A program made the position numbers and the translations under genes. A DNA stretch of 64,000 bases from Veleropilina oligotropha (Eukaryota): the NCBI GenBank assembly GCA_048128005.1, contig JBEUKZ010000084.1, positions 1 to 64,000 of the forward strand, in the 5' to 3' direction. Below the pieces are notes generated by a model. That model was not told the DNA's origin. It ran no database searches and was given only the letters and a program-made list of their open reading frames with translations. Shown here piece by piece: positions 25,730-37,285 of the stretch (positions are counted from its first letter, which is position 1; each line of letters starts with the position of its first letter).

Positions 25730-28700
25730 CTATTTGGTTGCTGGTTGGCGGCATCCAAATGGTTATGATGCTGGATCTCAAAGGCAGAGAGAGTAAATTT
25801 GCGGGGAATTTTTCACGTTTTATGTCTTCTTCATACAGTCATAGCACATAGCATCACGTCAACTATGCAATAGACAGTCACTTGTTTAGTGAGCACTACT
25901 GCATCACTCATGATCATTTGAGAAAGTGTGACTTTGCTTTGGTGTTACTGTTGACTCCGTAGTCAATTTTTCGACCGCATATACAAAGTCTGTAATTGCG
26001 GGATGTACCCCTTGTTGAACGGGCGATTTGGTATGATCATTTGATTTTCGTCGGAGTCCTAATAAGTCTTTCGTCCGCAGACTCCACCCTTAACTGAGAT
26101 AGTGCTCTTCGCTGACTGAATTCGGTTTGACCGAAAATATGTCGATCAGCGCGCAGTTGCTGCCGAGATATCGGTTTGTTGATATTCGTCAGTTTTCTGC
26201 ATCCACTGACCTGCTGTCGCCAGCTTCATCATAACTGTGATAAGGGAGGCTTGCAGGGGCTACGCCTTGCCCAAGAAGGACACGGAAACTGCATGTGCAA
26301 GGCAGTGGTGTTGCAAATGATTCACTGAGGCATTCTCATTTGTATTGCCCGCATACCTGGTTGTATATTTATGTGTATGCTTACTTTAAATTTAACTTAT
26401 TTTAAATGTCACTGATGCAAGAAGCTGTCACATAACTGATAATATTGGACATTGAAGAGCTGTCCTACAAATAAATGTTTCCGGTTTAACACATAGATAA
26501 AGCAGCTCTGTCGTTCATGTTTCTGGTCAGGTTGCTCATTCATAATTTGTTTCTGAGTATAGTTATATCAGGTATTGTATTCAGATTTGGGGTTTATAAT
26601 GGACCGATTCGTGCTTACTGTCATTGCCATGCCCCAAACAATACATGGCCGGGGTCAGGGATCATTGTCTCATTCACGTTTTCAGTGATTCTGTATTTGA
26701 CATTTTTCGCTTCTCTCTGTGTGTACCTAGATGTAAGGGAAAGTTGGTACAGTGTAATTGCCGTTGGTTTCTGTATTTGGTGAGATTTAGTCAGGACACG
26801 ACCTGTGTGGGATGGCAGAGTTCATAAGGAGGACACTTGGGGAGATAGTCTATATTCATGGGATATTAACTTTGTAACCCACTCTGCAGTCAATATTGAC
26901 TTTGATGTCTGTCCACTTTGGACAATTCGGCTTGGTCACCCCAGGAAATACCTTGTCCTCTAGGTCATATATTATTACTTTTCATTTTCCAATAAAAAGG
27001 TATCTTTAGAAACAAGACAGCTGAGTACTTATCTTATGATGTAGGGTCATTTCATGTAGTGATAGATTTATTTGCGCTTTGAAGTACCGCAGCCTATGTA
27101 CATTGCCTCTAGAGGTGATTTCATTGATAGTGAACTTGGATAACAAAATTTTATTTCATTTTAGCATTTTGTACTAGGAAGTAATTCATAATTTATTCTT
27201 ATTAAGTTAAATTGGGGAACTATAAAAAAGTCAGAGCTGTTTAAAAGACATTTCCTCCACCCATTATCCACACTCCAAAATATCATGACAAAAAAGTAGT
27301 TGATCTTATAGGATCGCTTCTAGTATCAACCAACTATGGGCACAACCAGTTTTACTGCAAGCGGCAGTGTCATGCTACTGTTGAGATCGTGATCATATAC
27401 CAGCAGCTGCATTGCGAGAAGATGTCTACTATTTTGTGTTGTATGTATACTCATTGAATGTCTTTTGATGGGAGTAATTACCGGTACTTTAAATGCCACC
27501 AGACAAACATTCTCTCTCATATCATAATTAAAGCTGAGCGAAATAAACGGACACTTGGTTGTCTCTTGGAATATATTCCGCTGTCAAAAACATAATTAAA
27601 ATGTCAAGTGAGACAAGACTATCTATTACTTCCAAAAAAAAAACTTATTGTAACTCGTTCATATTTAATTGAGGATGTGAGACCAAACTGGCAAGTGTGA
27701 CTGCAAACACAAAGTTTGTATAGAATAAATAAGACTACACATCGTTAAATAAATTGCTTTCTGTCTATTATTTAGTATAACACACAATTAAGATTTAAAT
27801 AACAGCTTTTACTAGATGTGAAATCTATATTAAATTGATGCTTTTGATGTTCTCCTTTTCATTTGCTTTGGTATGGGTTATTAACACATGTTGAAATATG
27901 AACATATAATTAATTACTTTTTTTTGTCATAGACAGATAATTATGCACATTGCCTGTTTAGATCTATAAATGTTCATTACATTTTCAAATTTGTAGTTGT
28001 ATCATTTCATATTTGTGAAAGCGATGGTATATATTTTTAACACAATAATACTGCTGTGCTCAGAAAAGGAGCTCTCCATTTGGAGACTTTCTCTTAAAGA
28101 ATTTGTAATCATACCCACATGTGGCTCATTCATGAATTTATGAAATAAAGTGTAAAAATCCTATACAACCACCTGATACTTGGATTTATTAAAGTGTCTA
28201 CATGCGAGATCATCGGATTCCATCTGCAAATAAAGCCATCTCAAATAAATCCACTCGCAATCTTCGTCAGCTTAGGTCTAAGTCTCTGGAAGTGCTAATG
28301 CACCTCAATTAGAGCTGCGCAGTTGAATAGAGGGACAGGCTGATGTCCTGGTGTTGTTGTTCTATGCACTGTCACTGGGCTGTCAGCACTGAACACACAC
28401 CGCCCGTCCACATCCTACCTGTTGGTGGGATAGCCACCATGCATGCCAGCGACAATGCTCATCTGTGGGCCTGTCGCTGGACTGTGACCCCACCCATCCA
28501 GAGTGACATCTCATTGTGCATTCCTGTCAGGTAGGATGAAATATCAACAGTGCCCGATGTTATATTTACTAAAATATAGACGTATCATGCTGAGACAACT
28601 ATTGATATGCATGGGTTCCTATAGGGTTGAAATTCCGTCGCATTTTTTAATGATGTGCCCATTTGTAATTTAATCTCCTTCAACAGGATAGGCAGCATTT

Positions 28701-29040
28701 TAGTAATGTAATAAACAGTAATGAAATATGTTGATAGTATGTTGTGCCTCTATATTTTAACTTGGCGAAAAAAATTATATTCAAATATTTAACAGCATTG
28801 TGGTAACTTAAAAAGCATGGGAATTTTCATTCAATACCGATCAATGATTCAATTTTAATACTCGATAATTTCTTCAACATACTAAATTGGCAGTTAATTA
28901 TTATAATCTGTAGTAACATATTTATGCTTTTAAAGACCAGCTGATCTGAAATGCAGCATGTTACTCATCACAGGTGTACATTACATTACAGGTAGCAATT
29001 AACAAAGTACCTTGTAAAAGTAAATATTTTAATTAACATG

Positions 29041-29250
29041 TTGCACCATATATTATAGTACACTTATTGCACCATATATTATAGTACACTTATTGCACCA
29101 TATATTATAGTACACTTATTGCACCACATATTATAGTACACTTATTGCACCATATATTATAGTACACACTTATTGCACCATATATTATAGTACACTTATT
29201 GCACCATATATTATAGTACACTTATTGCACCATATATTATAGTACACTTA
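29041..29250. repeat. 26-bp minisatellite
   Basis: TTGCACCATATATTATAGTACACTTA x8. Confidence 0.95.
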
Positions 29251-30304
29251 TTTGAAACTTTCTATTCATATATATGCACCATGGCCGCCTACATGTATCT
29301 TATCTCACCATGCAATTACAGCTGTAAAGCGATTGTTTTTATCCCGTTAACATAATCAACTTTAGCGATAACCCTATTTCAAACCCGTTCCTCATTATCG
29401 CATGAATCTTGTGTTTGCTGCGGGCTGCGGCTACTTGGCATGTATCGCTGCTCATCAGAGCACTCGACCCAAGCCGCAGGGCTCGGTATGGGAGATACCG
29501 ACCAGCCATCTGGAAAATTATGCTCATCTTCAGTCTCATTATGTAAAATGATAATCTGTACACAGTTTTGAATATTTATATGGACGTAGGAGATTTCTGC
29601 ACACATTTAAAAATGTGTTGATTTACTGATAAAATATATAACCATTTCTAGACAATGTAAGTTACTGACAAAAAGAACTTATATTAAACTGACAAACAGT
29701 GAAATCAATAGACATAATCATCGTTCATTAATATTTAGGTTCTGTTATAGGTAAATACAATTATCTAATACCTGCATTTACACCAAAACATGTTCAGTCA
29801 ACTCATATTCAATATTGAGACTGAGTGTTCACCACATGTTGACGACATGTTTGCATGTCAGGTGTTGATTTTTAGCACCACAATGGAACAGAGTACAGTT
29901 GCGTGCAAATAATTAACGCCAAGTCTGATGTGTTCATGTCCAGTGCACTGATCTGTGCGGGACATTTGTTTAATGCGCCTTTAATTTGGAGTGCTTTCTG
30001 ACTGCACGTCTCTGTTTGTTGATTTTGCATGTCCAGATCAAAGGTGAGACGAGTGGTCAGATATCTCCATTGCCAGAAAGAAAGTGCTTAACTGGTGCTT
30101 GTCCAGGGATTAAATTATGATTTGTGAGGAAATGGAACAATTAGAGAACAGTAAACGGTCATTTATACCAGCGGAAAGAGGAGTAATTAAACTTTTGGAG
30201 TACTGTATTGTATATTGACTCTGAGTCAGTTTATGAAAGTGCAGAACAATTTGCTGCAAGAGATGTTTCAGCCTGTCGATGATTACTAGATTGGATTAGA
30301 TCAA

Positions 30305-30500
30305 TGCTTAAAATATCCTGTATATTTATAGATTTCGGGTTCAAACCAGGACATGTCCATATTATCACGGGAGTAAAACCTGTCCTCCCAGCCAGGTATG
30401 GACAACTAAAACTAGTAACTGAACCAAGAACACCATTGCCCCAACCAATGTTCAAACGCACTCCTGTTAGCAATCTAGCCAGTGATTTCAGCGTCGACAT
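30305..30500 (-). mobile_element. Family A SINE, diverged and internally deleted
   Basis: tgcttaaaatatcctgtatattta, ggacatgtccatattatc, gccagtgattt. Confidence 0.65.
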
Positions 30501-31279
30501 CACTTAATGTCTGCGTTGAGTTTTGTATAGATATTGTTTACTGTATCATGCACTATAAAGATAAAAAAAAAACAGGTTTTGTAAATTCTATTGAACAGTT
30601 GAAGTTATCTGTATGTTGATAATTTATAAGCATGGTGAATCAGTAATTGTGTTGGCCGGCCCTAATTGGCCATGATATGTATTTACATATTGCCCTTTCA
30701 TCTTTTCACAACAAGATTTATTTGAGGAGTTTGTGTGTATTGCTTTTAGGCATACAACAATAAGCATAAGGATCAAGCTACACCCCTAAGTATGATGACC
30801 GTTGGTCAATCAGTGTAGTGTACAAGAGTACATTTCACACCAATTTGCTGAGTGATAATTACGCTAGGTATTGTGTGTTGGGTTTATTTACTGGCTCTAT
30901 GTTGTCAAAGCATGCTTGCGTGTGTTCTCTGAGGATCGACCCTACCCCTGATCAGATCACACAAGAACAGTAATTGCCACGATGGCAGTAGAATCAGTGG
31001 CACACCTTGGAAAATATGGAAGGGGTTCTGTGCCATAATTCTATGTATCTTTATTACATTCCTATTTAGTCTTCTCTTTGTATGTGTCATTCATTATAGT
31101 GCTAAGTTGTATGTCTCATTCTGTGTATGTATAAGTTCCATTCATATAGTTGCAATGTCTCATTCTGTGTATGTAAGTTCCATTCATATAGTTGCATTGT
31201 CTCATTCTATGTATGTAAGTTCCATTCATATACAGTAGTTGCAATGCCTCATTCTATGTATGTAACTTCCATTCATATA

Positions 31280-31496
31280 CTGTAAAACCCTATATTTTAG
31301 CGTGCCTTTTATTTTCGCGAGTTTCGCGTACCTAATATTATCGTGAAAATAAAAGGCCGCAAAATATTTCATGGAATAAAGCTCAATTAACATATGGATT
31401 AAAAATCGCTAATTTACAGGGTCGCTAATATACAGGTACAGTATATGAGAAATCGCTAAATTTTATGGCCGCTAAAATATAGAGAAAAATTTACAG
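31280..31496. mobile_element. Tc1/mariner-type MITE (CTGTAAA...TTTACAG, TA TSD)
   Basis: TA|CTGTAAA...TTTACAG|TA inserted at a TA of a satellite unit. Confidence 0.85.
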
Positions 31497-32372
31497 TAGT
31501 TGTCAAGGATACCATTCATGTAGTTTATGATCCCCCGCGGATTCCGAAGGAAAAGCCGAAGGGGGATATAGGGATAGCCTCCGTCCGTCCGGTCACACGT
31601 TTGGTTAAAGTTTTTGGATGAGGTATTACATGAATTTAATGGTTGAATAAATCAATCAAACCTATTTAGATGGAAAGTAGACATGTTTATTAGCCTTTAG
31701 TTGGAACCAAAAACGAAAAGATTTTTTTTTTATTTTGTGAAAAAAGCACTTTGAACATAGACATTTTTTGGTTAAAGTTTTTCTTTGAGTGTATATCGAT
31801 TGCTCAAGGAACATTTCGGCATATACAAGCTTTAGTAATGGTTATATGGATGTGACCTGATACTCTGGCAATGATTTACATTATAATTTTAAATAAATAA
31901 TGCATGAAATTGGTGTTTAGGGACATAGAAATATAGTTACAAATTTTCGGTTTGTTTTTCAAAGAGTGCTTATACAATGATCATTGCACTTTTTTGTACC
32001 CTTATGCTTTGTTGCTGGCTAGCCTGGCAGTGATATTGAACAAAATTTAATATAAATAATTTGTGAAATTGATGTTTTTTATATAAAAATTTTAGTTACA
32101 TTTTTTAGGTTAAAGTTTTTCGATTATTGCATAAAGGTTTAATAAAGCACTTTTTTAATTCATTTACTTTGGTGTTGGCCATATTGACACTACCTGCTAT
32201 CCTGGAAGTGATATTTAATAAAATTTTAAATAAAAAAAAATATTTTTTGACAAATTTAGTAAACATTTTCGGTTTAAGTTATTCAATTACTGCATATTAA
32301 TTGATCAAGACATGTTGTTGCAAACATATGCATTGGTGCATGCTTCGTAGTTGTTACCTGCTATTGTTACAG

Positions 32373-32729
32373 TTATTGTCTCGCCCCGAAGGGAAAGCGA
32401 GACTTAGGGATTACATTTTCCGGCTTCGTCGTCGGCGTCGTGTCATTTTCGGTTCAAGTTTTTCATTGCATGTGTATGGGTTGCTAAAGGCACTTTTATG
32501 CATACATATGCATTGGTAATGGTTATATGGACAACACCTGATACTCTGGAACTGTTATTGAATGGAATTTTATATAAATAATGCATGAAATTGGTGTTTT
32601 TGGACATAGAAATTTTGGTTAAAGTTTTTGGTTAAAGTTTTTTTGGTTAAAGTTTTTCATTGAATGGAATTTTCTGATACATTGATATATATATTTAAAG
32701 GGCGAGACATATAGGACCGTGGTTCTTGT
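32373..32729 (+). mobile_element. Helentron-associated element nested in H2
   Basis: subTIR tgtctcgccc / gggcgagaca, cgtcgtcggcgtcg tract, 3' stem aggaccgtggttct. Confidence 0.7.
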
Positions 32730-33088
32730 ATTGATTATAATTTAATTTAAATATTCTGTGAAATTTTATTTGAAGTTTCTGGTTACATTTTTTCAGTGAG
32801 TGCATATGGGTTGACTTTGTGATGCTACATGCTGCTCTGGCAGTGAGGTTGCATTCATTTTAACACAAAACTGTGTTAAATTTGTGTATTTGGACATATA
32901 AATTTTGATTAATTTAACACAAATAATGTGTTACATTTGCAAGTTTGGACAAAGTTATTCAATTAGTGCATGTGTGCTGCTCAAGATATATTTTATACAT
33001 GTATATGCTGGTTGATAGATCTAGGGATTAAAGTCCAATTTCGATCATAAATCTCCATACCATCAAAACATTGTACTAAATCTATATT

Positions 33089-33347
33089 GGCCGCTTCGGC
33101 AGCGCAGTGGGTAGAGTGTCCACTCTAAATTCACTGCCTTGATTCCGCTAATGCGAACAGTAGTGGGTTCAATACCTGGCTGAGGCATTGAAATTTGTTC
33201 AAGTTATGAATCACAGTTGTTCGTGACTGGCCGAAGAGGGCGGGTTTACCCAGGCGACCGGGGTTTCCTCCCGCGATAACACGGACATGTCCTGCCTTGA
33301 ACCTTGATGTTGTAAATATACAGGACATTAAGCATCATTCCTCCTCC
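33089..33347 (+). mobile_element. Family A tRNA-derived SINE, full length
   Basis: A-box-like gcagtgggtagag, B-box gggttcaatacc, V-SINE-like core ggcgggtttaccc..ccggggtttcctccc, (CCT)n tail, imperfect TSD actaaat. Confidence 0.9.
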
Positions 33348-34160
33348 ACTAAATATATTTCTTGCATATATTGACAAAATGCTTTAGCGCGGGGGATACC
33401 GCTATATCGATAGCACTTGTTGTCAAGGAAATTATATCGATGGCAGTTAGCACTTACATGAATGCAATTTACATCAATGGAATAAGCAATGGCATTTTAA
33501 GCAAATGAAAGACAAATCATGCTAATTTACGGAACTCCCCCAAAGCGGAAGCGTTAAATTTTACGACATAGAAAGAAGACAAACTGTAGGGATTATCAGG
33601 ATCAAATAGTCAAGTGGAATCTGGTGTTCGGTAAGAAAAAATATTTATTGAAAATTTGCAAGTGTAGGCCTACATTAATTTTTATCCCGAACAAGATGTA
33701 CGGAGCGCTTGCAGCTTAAGGGTCCTCATGCAATTATAGGGTTAGCTGACCCTGTTTACTAAATCAGTGACCCTAATGCCATATAGTATATTCCCAACCT
33801 TAAAGGCTTAATGCTCAAATTGCAAGGTAAATCTTGTCCAAAATGGCCATTGGTCATGTGTATGTGCACGATTAATACCCCAGGGATCTGTAAACTGCAA
33901 ACTACCGTTTATTTCAGTTTTAGATATTAAGAATTCGATTTCTTGATATACTAGTGTACGTAGTACGTATGTTGTTTAGTGCAAAATAAATGTAAATTAT
34001 TAGCCACACAATTATTTTATAATTTTGTAAGTATCTTTCTACTGATTAATAGGGCAAGTATTAAACGATTAATTGAAATAAACATTTGCTTAAAATGTCA
34101 TTGCTTATTCCGTTGATGTAAATTGCATTCATGTAAGTTCTAACTGCCATCGATGTAGTT

Positions 34161-34818
34161 TCCTTGACAACTACATGAATGGTGTCCTTGACAAGTATAT
34201 GAATGGTATCCTTGACAACTATATGAATGGTATCCTTGACAACTATATGAATGGTGTCCTTGACAACTATATGAATGGTATCCTTGACAACTATATGAAT
34301 AGAACTTACATACATAGAATGAGACATTGCAACTATATGAATGGAAGTTACATATACATAGAATGAGACATTGCAACTATATGAATGGAACTTACATACA
34401 TAGAATGAGACATTGCAACTATATGAATGGAAATTACATACATAGAATGAGACATTGCAACTATATGAATGAAACTTACATACATAGAATGAGACATTGC
34501 AACTATATGAATGGAACTTACATACATAGAATGAGACATTGCAACTATATGAATGAAACTTACATACATAGAATGAGACATTGCAACTATATGAATGAAA
34601 CTTAAATACATAGAATGAGACATTGCAACTATATGAATGGAATTTACATACATAGAATGAGACATTGCAACTATATGAATGAAACTTACATACATAGAAT
34701 GAGACATTGCAACTATATGAATGGAAATTACATACATAGAATGAGACATTGCAACTATATGAATGGAACTTACATACATAGAATGAGACATTGCAACTAT
34801 ATGAATGAAACTTATACA
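34161..34818 (-). repeat. 24-bp then 42-bp tandem array (right arm of Foldback-like copy 2)
   Basis: ~5-6 x 24 bp plus ~12 x 42 bp. Confidence 0.95.
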
Positions 34819-35221
34819 TATACAGAATGAGACATACAACTTAGCACTATAATGAATGACACATACAAAGAAGAGAAGACTAAATAGGAATGTAATGTAT
34901 ATACATAGAATTATGGCACAGAACCCCTTCCATACAACTGGGGTTAGGAAACACAGAACCCCTTCCATAGGAAAATTGGTGACAGTTTTGTTAAATCACA
35001 TATTGTCAACTAGAATAAGGACAGATGCATAATTTTAACACATTTGTCACAATACTTTATTTGTTTTATAAACAATTTTAAAATAATACCTACAAATAAG
35101 TTCTTTAATTAAAATATTTGGCTTGCTAGACTTTTAAATAATGTATTTTAATACTGTGAGTAATAGGTCATTGTATATAACCTGTGTATTTGCATATATA
35201 TACGTCTATATATCTTCATGA

Positions 35222-35430
35222 GGCCGCTTCGATAGCCGTGTGGGTTTGGTTGCAGACTTCGAAAATCACTGGCTTGAATCCAATGATGCGAATAGTAGTG
35301 GGTTCAAACCTCAGCAGGGATATCAGGGAGGGTTTCCCCAGGCTTTTCTCCCGCTATAATATGAGCATGTCCTGCTTTGAACCAAATGATGATTGGCAAT
35401 ATACAGGATATTAAGCATCGATCCTTTCCT
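35222..35430 (+). mobile_element. Family A SINE with internal deletion
   Basis: ggccgcttcg head, B-box, tail caggatattaagcatcg. Confidence 0.8.
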
Positions 35431-35483
35431 TATTATATATCTTCATGTTATAAATACGTCTTTAAAAGCTTGTAACATAAATA

Positions 35484-35807
35484 CATGGTTCTGCCCACGG
35501 TGGGCGGCTGTGGGCGCATGTACCTGGCACTCATGACTCGCCGCCCGGCACACTAGATCTGCTGCTCACCTAGAATTTATTATTTTTATTTTTTATTATT
35601 GCATTTACATTGAATTTGGACATTTTAATATAGCAAATGTAACAAAAGATGCCGAATGTATTGTTGTCGCTTTAAATATTTCAAGCATATTTTCTACTTA
35701 GGTGTACATTTTACTCATTTTCATTTACCACCCGGCACTCAGGATTTTACCACTCGGCACTCAGGATTTTACCACTCAGCACTCAGGATTTTCTGGGCAG
35801 AACCCTG
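35484..35807. mobile_element. Small hAT-like MITE
   Basis: TIRs catggttctgccca / tgggcagaaccctg; internal 22-bp repeats gcactcaggattttaccactc. Confidence 0.65.
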
Positions 35808-36570
35808 TAAATGTACAAAAATAAAATTGCGAGAGAGGTCACCTTGAGCATTTCTTCTGCCACATATTACAGTGTATGCGGCGTATCATACTTGTGCGAT
35901 AATTGTTGCTGGACCAGTCTTTTCTTGACTCTATTATTATCCGGCTGGAAAGGTTAGCTTTGATCATTTGACAAAGCTGTCACCTGCGGAAGCCAGTGAT
36001 TGATAGCTTCATGGTGGGACTGTTATTAATCAAAACATAATCAATGGCCCCTGTGCAATACTTAACACAGAATGTATTACCGTATGTGTAGTTTTCAAGT
36101 TATGGGCATAGCATATATATATATATATATATCAGGGACTGAAGGCTATTGTGGCAAGCGTTCTTTATAATGTGAGTTTGAAAATTGTATGTTAATTAAG
36201 AAATCCCTTATTTGGGGAGTTATTTTATCTGTGTAATATATTATCAACTTTTGGCTAATATTTTTTGTAGTGTTTAAATTGTTTCAAGAGCTATGTTCAT
36301 TGTGTGTTAGAAAACTATTTTTTTTGATTTTAGCAGAATATTATTTAATTAAGATTGCCAGAATATTATGGTGAATATTCAATGGGCGAAGTCGCTCAAT
36401 TTCCTCTGCGTAGGGGCGCCACATGGTAATGCGGACCTGCATGGATTATCTCTCTTGTCTGTGCTAACGTTTTCATCACACTAAAAATGCCATCGTCTTT
36501 GTGGTGTGTTATAATTTCCAGAGTCTACAGATATTCGTAAAATAAAAGGAAGCGCTCATTAACCATGTTA

Positions 36571-36830
36571 GGAGGAGGAATTATGCTTAATGTCCTGTAT
36601 ATTTATAACATCGAGGTTCAAGGCAGGACATGTCCGTATTATCGCGGGAGGAAACCCCGGTTGCCCGGGTAAACCCGCCCTCTTCGGCCAGTCACGGACA
36701 ACTGTGCTTCATGACTTGAACAAATGTGTGCTGCCTCAGCCGGGGGTCGATCCCACTACTGTTCGCGTCAGCGGAAACAAGCCAGTGAATTTAGAGTGGA
36801 CACTCTACCCACTGCGCTACCGAAGCGGCC
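36571..36830 (-). mobile_element. Family A SINE, full length
   Basis: TSD TTAACCATGTTA (36559-36570, 36833-36844). Confidence 0.93.
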
Positions 36831-37028
36831 CTTTAACCATGTTAACACTCTCTTTTCCCAATGTTTTGTTTAACGGATGAAGATATGTATCAATAGTGGA
36901 TTGCATTGTTATATTCGGTAACTTCATGTTGCAGTTTAGGGCTTGCGCAACTTCATTTCATAACTATCTGCCTCTTCATTTGACTTCCCAAAATAATCAT
37001 TCCTGTCATAACTTTCCAATCTATAAAT

Positions 37029-37285
37029 GGCCGCTTCGGCGGTGCAGTGGGTAGAGTGTCGACTCTAACTTCACTGGCTTGATTCCGCTAATGCGAACAG
37101 TAGTGGGTTCAATACCTGGCTGAGGCATTGACATTTGTTCGAGTTATGAATCACAGTTGTCCGTGACTGGCCGAAGAGGGGCGGGTTTACCCGGGCGACC
37201 GGGGTTTCCTCCCGCGATAACACAGACATGTCCTGCCTTGAACCTCGATGTTGTAAATATACAGGACATTAAGCATCATTCCTCA
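37029..37285 (+). mobile_element. Family A SINE, full length
   Basis: Perfect 15-bp TSD TTCCAATCTATAAAT (37014-37028, 37286-37300). Confidence 0.95.

Larger units (their letters stand above)
31525..33420 (+). mobile_element. Helentron-associated non-autonomous element, family H2
   Basis: subTIR atcccccgc / gcgggggat, ccgtccgtcc microsatellite, 3' hairpin gctatatcgatagc; inserted at TT of a 24-bp unit that resumes at 33421. Confidence 0.8.
31015..34969. mobile_element. Foldback-like element copy 2
   Basis: Starts TATGGAAGGGGTTCTG, ends CAGAACCCCTTCCATA, flanked by GGAAAA (31009-31014, 34970-34975); interior ~33505-34085 is the reverse complement of copy 1 blocks ~16785-17066 and ~9230-9545. 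Confidence 0.75.

Noticed and set aside
25343..27244. Possible Kolobok-like element TTAA-AGCAGCTCT...AGAGCTGT-TTAA
   Set aside because: TIR match is only ~8 bp and no coding relic could be confirmed.
33089..33190. SINE heads as functional tRNA genes
   Set aside because: No complete cloverleaf; they continue into a SINE body with tail and TSDs.
34161..34818. CRISPR-like appearance of regular arrays (also 29041, 46365, 56575)
   Set aside because: Head-to-tail repeats without uniform unique spacers, eukaryotic context, and no cas genes.
34061..34968. Long repetitive ORFs (252 aa, 206 aa; also 8536-8784 and 17368-17919)
   Set aside because: Artefacts of 42-bp and 24-bp repeats, whose lengths are multiples of 3, leaving several frames open on both strands.
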